A stretch of 64,000 nt of DNA from Basidiobolus meristosporus CBS 931.73 (GCA_002104905.1 MCFE01000138.1:93486-157485), one strand, 5' to 3'. Counted from the first letter of the stretch, positions 13,413 through 25,969 are shown. Program-made: numbers and translations. The notes: generated by a model from the sequence alone, not told the origin.

Positions 13413-13729
13413 ATTTGAGAACTACTGAGTCCATTGCCAAGTACACTCGGGAATATATAGCATGGGAGCCATTATAACATGGTTGCAACATTGATGGTAG
13501 CAATAGTTAGTTAACTTTGATGAACTCACGCTTTATCAGATTGAAAATCAGCATTCTCTCTAATATCGTCGACTCCATCGCATTGATATTGCGTAGTCTA
13601 CATGATCAATGTACGATAAATAAACCGATACATACACCAATAAATACATATATACTTATGATATTTCAGCCGTAGTATGGTGATTCACGAATCACGGCTG
13701 ATGATGTTTCATATTGATTTAAGGTGGCC

Positions 13730-14095
13730 AAATGGCATGTGTATTTATTCAATGTATCTGTTCTTGAAGTACTTATGCGCAGATCTCTTGTACTTCTGGC
13801 ATCCACCACGGCTACGGGTGGCTGGCTGGATGATGATGATCTAGGGGCTGTTGCTGCTCAGGCTGATAGAGGGTTTGGTCGACTACCTGCGCTTGGTCAA
13901 ACTGATTAGAGTTCGACAGGGCATCAGCATCACTGGATGAGTGAGCGCTCACTCTATCCAACAAGGCCTGTCTTGGCTGCATGTCGGCTATATTGAAGTT
14001 GGGCATATTGTAGGATGACTCTGGCTGAGTTGAAGTGTTATCCATTGAGTCCTGACCTTCGCCTTCATTGCCGCCCTCATTCACATCCATATAGT
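13730..14095 (-). pseudogene. Family C copy C2, 5' half missing and 3' frameshifted
   Basis: Near-identical to the 3' two-thirds of C1; the signal-peptide exon is replaced by unrelated sequence at about 14095. Confidence 0.8.
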
Positions 14096-14805
14096 TGTGA
14101 TAATCTTATAATGAATATACATTGATACCCTTGACTATCACTACTCCTATGACTCTATAATTTCAAAGCAACACAACACTCGGTTAATGTTACGACTTGA
14201 AGATTTATCTGGTGCAATAGAGGCCAATTGGGTATAGGCGATGTATGAAGCCTGTGAAGTGATGGTGAGTTGCGTTTTTGCTAAACCTACCCAAGGTGGT
14301 TGATGCAATGCATAATGCTAAATCGTAAATCAGGCTCAGTATACTATTGACTGATGGCTGGTGAAGATGTTAATTCATTCGTAATCCCATAACACTCACA
14401 AAGATTGCTACAGGTTGCTATATAACCAGAGTAGCTTAGCATTCTAAAACTATGAAATCAAGAAGACCGAAGCCATTCCTGTGTGCTCACCTCAAGCCAT
14501 GAGTCACTTTCGCTTGTCCCTTTGCTACCGCATATGTCATTCCAAAGTGGTATAGTAAGACCAGTATTGAAGAGGATTGTTTATTTATTTTTCTTGATGT
14601 ACTAACGTGATTGGTCGCCTGGATTACGGTGTTAATCAACTCTTACTCACTGATCATTGCAATGAAAGTGAAATGGTGATTAACTTTACTCACCTTTGCT
14701 TCATAATTTAGTAAACGGGGTTTGGTAGCTGATGCGCGCTGATGAATCTAGCAAAGCATACATAAAGGCAACTGTTTGCCTTTCAGTGTGGCATCACAAG
14801 CCAAC

Positions 14806-15210
14806 ATGCAACGCACTTTCCGCGTTCTATCATCCTTGGTATTCCTATTCGGTGCATCTTATGCATCGCCCATTGCAACCTATGACAACCAACAAGTAGA
14901 CCAGGGCATCCCAGTGGACTTCGACAATGAGCCATTAATGTCATACACACCAACATACTATCAACTAGAGTCTCCAGACGACTATCCATTGTTGGACAAC
15001 GCTCAGACTCATTCTGCACAGAACGCTGAGGCGCTTTCCAACCAGAATCAATATGAGCAAGTGCAGCAAGTCGATCAGACATTGTACCAACCATCTGCAC
15101 CGACATATGTGCCATTGTTTACTCCCGACGAGGATGACACTCAAGACTCAAGCGACAACGACGATCAGCCATCGTGTGAACGTAGACGTGGATACAGAGG
15201 CGGCTTTTGA
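14806..15210 (+). CDS. Family A intact secreted protein A4 (134 aa)
   Basis: ATG at 14806; signal peptide MQRTFRVLSSLVFLFGASYA; ALSNQNQYEQVQQVDQTLYQP; acidic tract; tail CERRRGYRGGF; AATAAA downstream. Confidence 0.85.
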   Translation: MQRTFRVLSSLVFLFGASYASPIATYDNQQVDQGIPVDFDNEPLMSYTPTYYQLESPDDYPLLDNAQTHSAQNAEALSNQNQYEQVQQVDQTLYQPSAPTYVPLFTPDEDDTQDSSDNDDQPSCERRRGYRGGF

Positions 15211-15510
15211 CTCAATCCGATCATGTAAACACTTGTTTGGCATTCATAATAAATCCCATCATAAAATCGCTATTTCTGTAAGCTATCCAACATATACAAA
15301 CAAGATTACACCAACTGATATCAAGAAGAAACAGCGTAGACGTGACCACATGACAAGCAATAAGAATACTTCTGTCAGGCATATTGGACGGCAAAACCTA
15401 TATGCTCACAGCATCATGAACATTCTTTTAATGACTCCTCACATGATTCATTTTCGCTTTGTTCCCACAAAACTACGAATAATAACAAATAAACTACTAA
15501 AATGGAATGG

Positions 15511-15560
15511 TGGTGAGCAATCGTGGTGAGCAATCCTGGTGAGCAATCGTGGTGAGCAAT
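15511..15560. repeat. 4 x 13-bp tandem repeat (TGGTGAGCAATCG)
   Basis: Read directly; no spacers. Confidence 0.9.
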
Positions 15561-15649
15561 AGATGGAAGATTGTTGATCAATGGTACATAGGTTCAATTG
15601 GCTGGGGATTGTTTGATGATTGGGCACCTACAAGAGCTATCAACATAAG

Positions 15650-15737
15650 GAAAACTTTACTTAATGAAAACCAAGACTCGAATGAAGATGACAATCAGAC
15701 ATCATGTTACCGTAGACGTAGATACAGAGACAGCTAA
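15650..15737 (+). pseudogene. 3' remnant of family A (A5)
   Basis: NQDSNEDDNQTSCYRRRRYRDS* matches the A1/A3 tail. Confidence 0.65.
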
Positions 15738-16089
15738 TGATATGAACAGGCCTAATACTATTGTGATCCCACTACAATAAATAGGTCAATGGATCATGTA
15801 GTCATTACTACTCCTATTCATGTAAGCAATTAGCAAGTAGAGCAGTCTCCGTACAATGCCATATATGCCGAACTACTGGAGTCCATTGCTTTACAGCTCT
15901 CAGGAACTTGACCAGATATTGTATCAACTATCTGCGCCAGCTGACTTATCCATTTTGACTACTCAGAAAGGTACTACTGGCTGATATTGCGGGACTGCTT
16001 TATTCTGCTCTAACCTTACTCTTGTTCCTGTGCTGGCATGGATCATACTTCTGCTATTACATATTAAGCAAGCAATATATAATCAACGC

Positions 16090-16400
16090 AAATCTAATGG
16101 CTTTAAGGTCATTCCCCAGACTCAATATAGTGCTCATTTTGTTTAGCACACTCATTGCCATATTGGGCATCTTCCATGGGCTCTGTGAACTGTGTATCTT
16201 GGTTAGAGCATCCATCAATATAACAGGTGTCTTCATCTGCTATGGAGTATGTCCTATATTGCACAGGCTGATCCATAACAATGAGGAAATATTTGTCATA
16301 CCTGAATGAACTGTCTTTACCTTCTTACTCAGGCCAGGGCCTGCCTGGAACCTGACATCAGCTCTTCTGTCTATCCCCAAGAGTTAAAGGCTGGGATCTG
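16090..16400 (-). pseudogene. Decayed 3' remnant of family B
   Basis: CATCTTCCATGGGCT..GTGTATCTTGGTTAGAGCATCC..TGGAGTATGTC..GCACAGGCTGATCCATAACAATG aligns with 8556-8670. Confidence 0.65.
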
Positions 16401-18747
16401 TATCCTTAGGCTCATAACTACCTACAATTGCCATATAAGTCTCTTATTTGTTGCAAACAACAATACTGCTCTCTATGCAGCCAAGATACATAGCCTCAGG
16501 CTGTGGCCTTCAGAGGTCTTCAGCCTGAGGCTTCAATATGTCTATAGTCTGCAAGCACAAACCTCAGTGACTAAAAGATCCCAATGGAGACCCTTTTATG
16601 CTGAAATCTAACTTCAGGCTTCCATCCACCAAGGGCCTGAATGTGAGGCTTTTACTTGCAAAAGTAGTTATTGGAGGTGCCTGTCCAATGATAGCCTTGG
16701 CTTGATGTCTGTATTTGCAAAAGCCATCAGTCTAGCATTCCTCTCCATAGGTGTCTCAACTTGAGGCACTCATTTATCAAGTACTGCAGCTCACTGATTA
16801 CATTAGAAAAAGCCTTGACATTGAGCTTGTAATGGCCAAACCTGTATTTGTGGCTCTCTCAGACTAAAATCAAGGCCTGAAGCTCTAATCATCTGAAACC
16901 TGAGTTCAAGGCCTTGCAGAAACAAGCCTTGACTTAATGTCCTTGGAGGTTGACAATCTGAAACCAAGGCTCTTTCCAAATGGATATCTTGGCATGAGAC
17001 TCACACTACCCACTACTCTGAGTTGCTACCCCTAAATGTTGAAACACTCATGCCATCTTGTTGCCTGACTGAAAGTCTTCAAGCCTTTCAATGGTGCAAT
17101 GATTTGCAATCTACTCAAAACAAATTTCTCCCTCAACCAAGACCTTTCAGCTAATACCATCCCTAGTAGACATCCCAGTAGTTTTGCTGCAAGGAAGAAT
17201 TACAAGTGGTACTGTGATGCTATTTTTTTACCTAACAATGCATGAGATTTGCATATTCTTTTGGGTGAGACAATGTGGCCATAAATTAAGCACATAGAAG
17301 TGCTTATCACAGCAATGGGGCTTGAGGCTATGAAGCATATATCAAGACCCCAACTTGAAGACAACAGTGATATAAGAAGCTGTAAATATTTTAAAGCTAA
17401 GTGTACCAATATATAAGATGCCATCAAGTATCTGCCATGTCATAGTCTTGCAGCAAGTGTACTCTTAGATTATCAGGACCCAAAGCCAGGTGATTTATAT
17501 GCAACCTGCTCTTTATGCAATATACAGGAGCCAGGCAAGTAGGTGAATGTCAGTTTATAATTGATACACTAAGGTAATATATTGGCAATGCCATAAACTC
17601 TCAGTCACTAAATGGCAGGGATGTTAAACCAAAGGCAATAGACCTCTCAAGAGCATGTTGATAGTCAGCCAGGGAGCCATGAGTACAAAGCTGGAAGACA
17701 TCAAGTATCAGGAAGGGCACTACCCAAGCAGTAGCTGCATTGTGGTACTCATAAAGAAATGGGCAAAGAACCATATTCAGAATTAATGATACTGGCAGCA
17801 GTGAAGTTATGAGAGAATAGTTAGCTAGGCCAAATCATCAAGGTTCTAGTTATTGCTCAGTGTATCCATACAAGTAGACATCCATAACAGGGATGGTTAT
17901 GGACCACTAAGAGGAGTGAATAAACAAATAATAGTCCAACCTTAAATACATGAGCGCCACTGCAAAGAATTCCTGCTTATGTACTGTACAACTGAGTGAT
18001 TGTGGCTTTATAGTGCCATACTGTGCCACACAGTGCAGTATGCTCCCAGGTTCTAGTATGCTTAGTCTTTTCCAAGAGATTCTTTGTCATTGGGTGAAGG
18101 AAGTGAAGGTAGCTAGCATTCAGAACTTTGACAATTAAACTCCACTTGTGGATGTCAGGCATGTTTTAGGGCCAAGTTTGCAACCTACTTTGACCATGTA
18201 AAAAGTAATTTGTTGCTGCAGGAGGATCCAATCCGTGTTTGCCACCAGGACCCCACATTGATGCCACTGCAATACTAGCAAGTACTACTTGTGCTGCTCT
18301 CAATTGAGTTATGGAGGCGTTGTAATAGCATTGCTGACTAGACTTCTGATGTGGTACAGAACTTGGCAGTGCTTTGCAGTGGTTACAGTCATAATACCAC
18401 AAACATGTGGCTTGTCAGTGTAGTACTTATAAACTTACTGTATGAGTTGCATTGCTGGTAAAATATGCCTTTCACAAATGTACATCTAGCTGCCATCACT
18501 TGGCAAAGAGTATCTGCTTAATATCTCAAAATACTCCCAGACTCCTGGCTAATAAACTTCCTTTCCCTACTCCATACTGGTCCTCTGTATGAGTGTAATG
18601 CCATTCCTTTTTGTGTAAATTGCTTTCAAAAGGTATTCAAGTTGGCTTGCATGCAAAAGTTACCTGACATACTTTGATATAGTTGTCTTCAGAAGTGATA
18701 CTTTGTTGTTGTGCCAAGCCAGGCCTTGCCTTATTTGACTTACTACA
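16400..18747. mobile_element. Probable decayed transposon-derived DNA, class not resolved
   Basis: Almost no CpG, no long ORF, interrupted by solo LTRs; no diagnostic motif recognised. Confidence 0.3.
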
Positions 18748-19442
18748 TGTTGTGCATCAACATTTAAAACTTAGCCAATTTTACTCCGTCTGAAAATCTA
18801 GTACCCTGACTGATTTTCCCTAACCCAAACATAACAAATTCCAGTTACAGTCTATTTTATCCCACCTCAGAATCTATTTTTAGCTATCACACCTGATCTA
18901 TTTTCAAATGGTCATTATGTTATCAACTTATCTGCCAAGCCTTCCCAGGTGATTAGTCATCTGAGATCTATCCAACCACTGTGCAGTTGCCAAGACATCA
19001 GTTGATTGTTGATGTAATTTTCATTTATCTTATGCACCTATGAACACCCAAATTGATTTCAATCAATCCAGTCCCTTGGCGCTTACTAATTCAACTTGAT
19101 CAGAAAAGTATAAATAAAGTTTACTGAACCTTTTGGTTTAGTGTGTGTCTCAACAAAATTAAGATTCTGTCTCAGCAAATATAAGAATCCAACAATTCCA
19201 TTCTAGTCTCTATCCAAGCCTAGTATATCTAGCACTCCAAAGAACACCAAGCCTAGCCTGCCTAGCAAACAAATATCATTGTCTTTATAGCCAACCCAGC
19301 TATATCCAAGACCAATATTGGATTGGAATCTTTCTGCTAATATTTTGCCACTCTCTGACAATTCTAAGATTCCGCACTTAATTGTCCCTTTGGTTCAGTT
19401 AAACCATTCAAGAGTTTATTACACTTTCTCTTGGATACAACA
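18748..19442 (+). mobile_element. Solo LTR (695 bp) with 5-bp TSD CTACA
   Basis: Termini TGTTGT...ACAACA; CTACA on both sides; homologous to three other copies. Confidence 0.9.
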
Positions 19443-20375
19443 CTACACATTTACTGAGGCTATTGTGCATTTCAATGCCAAAGGGATATCTGCTTACTTC
19501 TTGTCCACTGTACTTGATGTTCCTCCATCAGTCACTCTGTGGATTGCAGATGTACTTGAATGTAGTATTTCTCATGGGACTTGCATATGGCAGAACCTGT
19601 AATTTTTTTTGCTTCCTATCTCCTTACATATCCACACCTTAGGAGACTCTAGGCAAACATACATCTGTGTTCTCTAAGCATCTAGTAGAAAGTAGAGTAA
19701 CCATACATCAGAGATTTATATATTCATACTTATGCTTGCAGCAAAACCTCCCAGGTCTTGTTGAAAGCTCTTTACATAAAATCAATAAATGAATCAAATT
19801 ACCATTGGTTGGCAGCTTTTTGGCACTTTCTCCTACACTGTCAACATATGATGCTCAATGCTTCCAATGAACCCAGAGTAAAGTAGCTTTAAATGGCTAG
19901 TGAGATGAATATGTATGTAGCATCTCCAAAAGAGTTAAGTGCCTTGTGGATAATAATGGACTTTGCCACACATATATGTATCTTAACTGAAATATTCTGT
20001 AGCTAGTAGTAAGTATTAGATGTACCTACTGCTCTGACATTTATAGCAATTAGATAGAACATGTTTGGCCAGAACTGCATCCAGTACCTCAGTACCTGAG
20101 CTTCAACTCAAGGGACAGTCACTGAGAGTACACAAGGATACAAGTGTGCCCCTGTAACAAGCAACAAAAGAGGCATTATCATCAGGTGTTTAACTTTGCT
20201 TGTCACAAAGCTTAGTTGAATGCAATCTAGCAATCAGGTATATGACTAAAGACAAAATATCACCTAGAGATGCTCTCTCAGCTCAGTACCAAAGATATAA
20301 TCATAATATAGTAATATTGCTCTATTAGTAGCCTACAACATGGTATCAAGCAACTCTACTGATAAAGTAAGTCAG

Positions 20376-21071
20376 TGTTGTGTTTAAGAGAGAGGTGTGA
20401 TAAGACTCTTGAATGGTTTAACCAAACCTAAGTGACAACTAAGTGCAGAATCTTAGAATTGTCATAGAGTGGTGGAAATATTAGCAGAGAAGTTCTGGTC
20501 TGATATTGGTCTTGTATATAGCTGGGTTTGGCTATAAAGACAACAGAGTTGGTTTGCTATGCAGGCTAGGCTTGGTGTTCTTGAAAGTGCTAGATACGCT
20601 AGGCTTGGGTAGAAACTTGCACAGATTTGTTGAATTCTTGATTTTGCTGAGACACAATCTTAAATTTGTTGGGACACAAACTAAACCAAAATGTGCAGTA
20701 AGATTTGATTATATTTTTCTGATCAAGCTGAAATAGTAAGTGAAAAGAGACTGGACTAGTTGATATCAGTATGGATGTTGACAGGTGCATAAAATAAATG
20801 AAAATTGCATCATTGATCAGCTGATGTCTTGGCAACTGCTGAGTTAGATAGATCTCAGAAGACTAATCACTTGGAAAGGCTTAGTAGATCAATTGAGGAC
20901 ACAATGTCCACAAGAAAATTGATCAGGTGTGACAGCTAAAAATAGATTCTGAGAAGTGATAAAATAAACCATAACAGGGATTAGTTATGCTTGGGTTAGG
21001 GAAAATTGGTTAGGGTCCTAGATTTTCTAATAAGGTAAAATTGGCTAAGTTTTAATTGTTGATGCACAGCA
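20376..21071 (-). mobile_element. Solo LTR of the same family, inverted, with 5-bp TSD GTCAG
   Basis: Reverse complement of 18748-19442; GTCAG at 20371-20375 and 21072-21076. Confidence 0.88.
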
Positions 21072-21434
21072 GTCAGTACTATAGAGTACCTGAGATATTG
21101 CAGAGGCACTGATGCATTGACCATTGGCTTCCTTTGTTTCCAGCCATGCACTCTGAATGTATCCTCTATCTCATTCACTAGCCCAGGTCAAGTACATCAT
21201 TGACTAAGTGTAACAAATTAAACAGTGGAAGTATAAAGCTGGTGTGCAATACTTAAACTGGTAATATGGTATTACTTGCATGCACTCAACATATCTTTGG
21301 CACAGCTGTATGCATTACTCTCTGAGCAGAGGGAGCAAAGTGCAGCTACAGCAAAAGGAGCACTACTTTGCTGTTGTAATTCACTGATATGCAGCTATAA
21401 TCACCCTATTATGCTTGCATTGAGGTATATAGGG

Positions 21435-22358
21435 TGACCTTGTTGGCAGTAAGTGTATACATATGGAGGTCATTAGGGGTCTGTTGACCAGCATAAGCAC
21501 TTAGTGTAAGCCCATTTGGTATTGCTCTTAAACTCCAGTACAGCAATTTGTTCACAATGAAAAATAGCTACCAGAGAGCTTAGTTGGATAATGTACACAA
21601 TTGTTGGTGCCTTTTGCATCCTTCTCATCCTAGTTATAGTATTAATGCTTTGAGAAAAAGAACAAGAAAGGACCATCTGAGTACCATAACATTTCAGCTG
21701 AGTACAAAGTCTCACTTAACTTACAGTGGTCACCATGTAAGATACTAGCTATTTGGCAGACATACTTTTCAGGTGGAAACAAAACCAACTAGAATTAATA
21801 CCAAATCCAATCATCAGCTACTCTCTACTTGCTACTATAGTTGCAGCTAGAAATCTAAAGGAAAAACACCAGCAGAATGCCAGCAAAATATCATTGGAAT
21901 GCCAGTAGAATACCGGCTGATTATCAGATGAGTTCCAGGTCTGGGATATCTCATAGCAATGTGACATCTATGCTTTCTTTACACCTAGGTTGTTATTTAC
22001 AAATCTTTGAGAGCTCTAGCCATTGATCTTGTATAGAGTCACTCAGCAAAAGTATCAGATATCTAAGACATGAAATATCTGAGAGTTGACATAACAGCTG
22101 CAAGCTTTGCACACATGTTCTTAGAACCATCATCATTGAATTCTTCATGTTTGCATTGCCAAGACCATGTTGAAGCAAAGATAATACTCTTACGTTTGAT
22201 GAATGATTAGGAGCAGACCACAAGTTTTACTTGTTCTCCCATTCACTTCCAGTATCTCTGAGACTCTTGAAATATTACACTCTATAATCTGCACAACCAC
22301 TCTTATTTTCATCAAATTTGCTTATGTTCAACTATTTGTGTCCTCACAAGAGCCCAAG
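21435..22358 (-). mobile_element. Decayed TE-like coding remnant, homologous to 49846-50768
   Basis: Collinear with 49846-50768; CpG-depleted; many in-frame stops. Confidence 0.55.
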
Positions 22359-22849
22359 TACTTCTTCAGCCTACACACCGGTGCTTTTACTTTGCAAGTT
22401 ATATCACTACACCTTTGACATCTTGAGTTTGTTGCTTAGTTTAATTCCTAGACTTTTGAATAGTGTTGGTTTTGCCATTGTTGCCTTGCCTGAAGTCAAA
22501 CAAGTCATCTTATTAGCCATATAGATGCTGTTGTTCAAGGCTGCACAACTGAGTACTATTGGAGTGACCAATGTGAGCTACCAAAGGTTCACTATGTGTT
22601 CCTCAGGTGCCCAAGCCAACTAAGCAGTATGAAGTGCTGTGATAGCAGCACTGAGCACAGTTGTCTGGTTAATAGAACTTCTCCATTATATGGATTGACA
22701 AGTACTCATCATTGTCAGAATTAAAGTCATTGTCCTAGTCAAAGCACATCATTTATTCAATCAGGCCATCAGTCTATACTTCAAAGCTGGAACTTTCAAG
22801 TTGTTCAAGTCTCTAAAGTGTTGCGTCAGCTGTGGGCTAAGTATTGGCA

Positions 22850-23250
22850 TTGTAGGTGCAGTGACAAGCTGAGATGATAGATCCAGATTGAGGATGCAAT
22901 CACTGCAACGGTGGGAAGAAAACTGAAAGCAATGTCAGTACATCTGACACGGCAGGTTTGTTCATTCACTTCAATGAAGCCTTGTTGGATGAGGAATAGA
23001 TGTACGGTAACACTACGCATCCTCAATATTTCAGTGTCTGCGTTCATATGCTAGGCAAACTCCATACATTCTGATGAATCATCGTGTAGATCTTCTATGC
23101 TACTCCGTCATAAGATGAGCTATAGAAAATTGAGTTGGTAATCTCCAGTATAACGGTGTCAAACACTTTTCTTCCGGATTGCGCATTTTCTTTGGAGCAT
23201 CTACTTACCCATTGGCCATAGTTATTGAGATGGGATTGTGGTATACAGCA
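22850..23250 (-). pseudogene. Unknown-family pseudogene G1, paralog of about 33030-33320
   Basis: Both copies encode SHLxNxGxWVxxCxKENAQSGRxVFDTVILEI..SSSYxG in broken frames. Confidence 0.45.
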
Positions 23251-23864
23251 TTTTATGCAAAGTTGTGTGCCCACTTAAACATTCAGTTATGTGATCCCAC
23301 TCTTGATTTAGCCTGAGTGTTGCTATTTCTTAAAAATGAACCTTATGCCTAGCTGGTGATTCTCGTAAGTGAGACAGTGCATACACGAAATAGTAATCAG
23401 CATTTAATGTCAACCAAATGCTTTATAGTATAAAGCTAGAAGTAGATCTGAAAAAAGAGAAAGGCGACGTTGGCGATAGTGATGCTTAGATGTTCTTGGC
23501 GCAACAGTTCGAGTCCTTAGTACGTGTCTGATATTCGGAGCCACTACAACATGACTTAAGCGTTAGTAAGAGTGGCCGAATGATACTTATATGCTGCCCT
23601 TGTATATTGTTGATGTGACACCACTTTGTGCTGCATATCCAATACTATACGAGATAATCCCTACTCCACCATGCCACTAAATTCCTTGAAAGTTACTGTT
23701 TCCGCACTTGCTCCTCTCCCGCAGCAATCTTTGTTACAACCGCAAATATCATTACCGCCCTTTTGCTGGGTAACCCCACAGACTAGGCTTAAGTTCTCCA
23801 GGCTTTTTCTGTCTTCTAAAAGCGACCCAGGGCGACAAAAAATACGTCAATCCCATTAGTTGCA

Positions 23865-24200
23865 TCAAGAACACGCTTTGCCACGCTTCCACTCTGTGTA
23901 CCTAGGCTTTGAGAAAGCTCCTGGATCATCCTCACGCATTCTGCGAACCTTACTTCCTGTCCAGAATGAAGATGCAAATTCTTCACTACACGTCTTTACG
24001 TTTTTATATAGCTCTACATACTCGGGGGTTGCCGTAGTATTGGGTCGGTTGCGTTCAAGAGGAGCGGCAAAAGAGGATGCAAGTATCATAGCACTGGCTA
24101 AGAGGATATCTTGAGTAGACACTCCTCTACAGCCTTTATATTCGTTATTATATCTTCTTGGTTTGTAAGTCACACAACATGCAACTTTAATATTAATCAC
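23865..24200 (-). CDS. Possible small secreted orphan protein (H); the real start may be an internal GTG, possibly a mutated ATG
   Basis: Internal STQDILLASAMILASSFAAPLER resembles a signal peptide with an AP cleavage site; CpG-normal composition. Confidence 0.3.
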   Translation of the reverse strand: MINIKVACCVTYKPRRYNNEYKGCRGVSTQDILLASAMILASSFAAPLERNRPNTTATPEYVELYKNVKTCSEEFASSFWTGSKVRRMREDDPGAFSKPRYTEWKRGKACS

Positions 24201-24645
24201 GCTTGGGAAGAACCCAGGGATGATTTAAACAGTCTAGTTCATCCGGTATAAAGTAGCACTTTTCTAGGATTGGATTCATTACTAAGCCGTATCTCTTACA
24301 TTTGTGCATCGATAACAACAGTGTCGTGAACGACCATTACTCACTACTCAGTATCATCTAGACAATTGCTCCGTTTACAACTGGTTTATTGACCATTACA
24401 TAGGAAAAGATCTATGTACTTCGTCTTTGAGGCATCCATTGAATTTCAGTTTAATTTAGTCTGCCAAACCCGGGATTTTGTATTTATTGATCGTAAATTC
24501 AATTGCCATATCTTCATTATGAAAAGACACTGATGGGTAACGACAAAACAATAGGTAAAGATACTTTATGCTGCTTGCTTCGAGTGATGGTAGTACTTCA
24601 AGAATATTTCCTTTCAAACTCTTTCGTATGGACTAAGTACAAGCT

Positions 24646-24727
24646 GGTGAGGTGGCCGAGTGGTCTAAGGCGCTGCGTTCAGGTCGCAGTCTCTTCGGAG
24701 GCGTGGGTTCGAACCCCACCCTCATCA
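24646..24727 (+). tRNA. tRNA-Leu(CAG): tRNA-Leu(CAG), intronless, long variable arm
   Basis: Acceptor stem GGTGAGG/CCTCATC+A; A-box TGGCCGAGTGG; anticodon arm CTGCG-TTCAGGT-CGCAG; B-box GGTTCGAACCC; TTTT terminator downstream. Confidence 0.95.
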
Positions 24728-25097
24728 TCTATTTTACTCTTAGCTTGCACAAAAATGATAAGAGGAAATATCACAATGCTAACAGTCACTGAGCAGTCTG
24801 TCAATCTCGAATCTTTGTGTTACCTAAGTCAATCCGGTAACCCTGCCAGACACACTCTCTAATATCAAACTTTTCGGTGGAGGGCAGCATCACTAAAGAC
24901 TGAGGGTGAGTATGTTAGTACGTAAGCGAAAATCTAATATTAATGCCCGCAGCTCTGATCATGATACAGGTGTGTGCAAGTAAAAAGCTAATCACAAGTA
25001 ACAACAAGTATAAGAATGTCATTTGGATTTTATTGATTGAGAATTTTCAGTTGTAGCGTGGTGATGACTACCTACATCTTCAGCTCATGTCATCGCA

Positions 25098-25595
25098 CTA
25101 ATTGTATTGAACGTTTTGCTCTGGACAATCTTCTACGCATTGCATCTCTGCCACAGGGGTTGTGTATTGTATATCTTGGGTGGGCTGCATCAGGACGTAG
25201 GGAGAGAAAGAACTATCTTCCAAGTGTTCCGCTCCCTTTTGCTTAGCATATTCTAATGCATTGGCCCTACCCTCCAGTTCGAGACTGGGCCCTGCTTGAT
25301 ACTTGACATTGAAGCCTTTGTTGCTGTTGGCGTTAGCAATGTTCAGGTTATCGTGCTTTCTGGTCACCGTGGTGAAAACCTGGCGCAATAACGGGGATTC
25401 GACATTCGTCGTCTTAACGACAGGCAAAACTCGAGCGTTTTGGTAGCAACCGCTCGCATACTGTGCACATGGTAAGCTGCGATAATGAACCCCTCTATAC
25501 TCGCGAGTACATGGAGAAGAACAGCCGATTGGGGCAGCAACGGCAACTTGAAGAGCGGCAAGGCTTAGAATCACTGCTACGGTAGTAGAGCGCAT
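25098..25595 (-). CDS. Family B intact secreted protein B3 (165 aa)
   Basis: Signal MRSTTVAVILSLAALQVAVA; CSSPC..YRSLPC; LLRQVFTTVTRKHDNLNIANAN; QCVEDC; TATA-like GCTATATAG upstream. Confidence 0.85.
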   Translation of the reverse strand: MRSTTVAVILSLAALQVAVAAPIGCSSPCTREYRGVHYRSLPCAQYASGCYQNARVLPVVKTTNVESPLLRQVFTTVTRKHDNLNIANANSNKGFNVKYQAGPSLELEGRANALEYAKQKGAEHLEDSSFSPYVLMQPTQDIQYTTPVAEMQCVEDCPEQNVQYN

Positions 25596-25969
25596 GCTGA
25601 AGAATAGCTGAGAAATAAGCTAGTTGCATAGGCCGCTATATAGCATGGGAGGCTATATAATAAGGTTAAGTCGAGGGCATAAAGTGAGTCTTGTTAGATT
25701 GCGCATGTTTTCCATTCTGTTATTGACTTTATCGAGGAAGCCTGTAACATATAAAACACATGCACTGGAATGACAGCCTCTGTATATATATATATGGTTC
25801 TATCACCGCTGCCCATACTTCTCTTCAATACTCACAATGACATTGTGTACAACGATAAGTGCCACTGTTTCTGTGTGTGCATATCAGAAAATTCTTGAGT
25901 ACTTGTACATCATCAGCATACCGAGTAATATGTTGCTCATTTTATTTCGTAAGTTTACTTTTACTAGAC

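Noticed and set aside
11300-15560. CRISPR-like arrays (28-bp and 13-bp repeats)
   Set aside because: The repeats are directly adjacent with no spacers, the context is eukaryotic and there are no cas genes.
18810-18830. CCCTAACCC inside the LTR as an interstitial telomere
   Set aside because: It is a single 9-mer present at the same internal position in the LTR copies and not at a junction.
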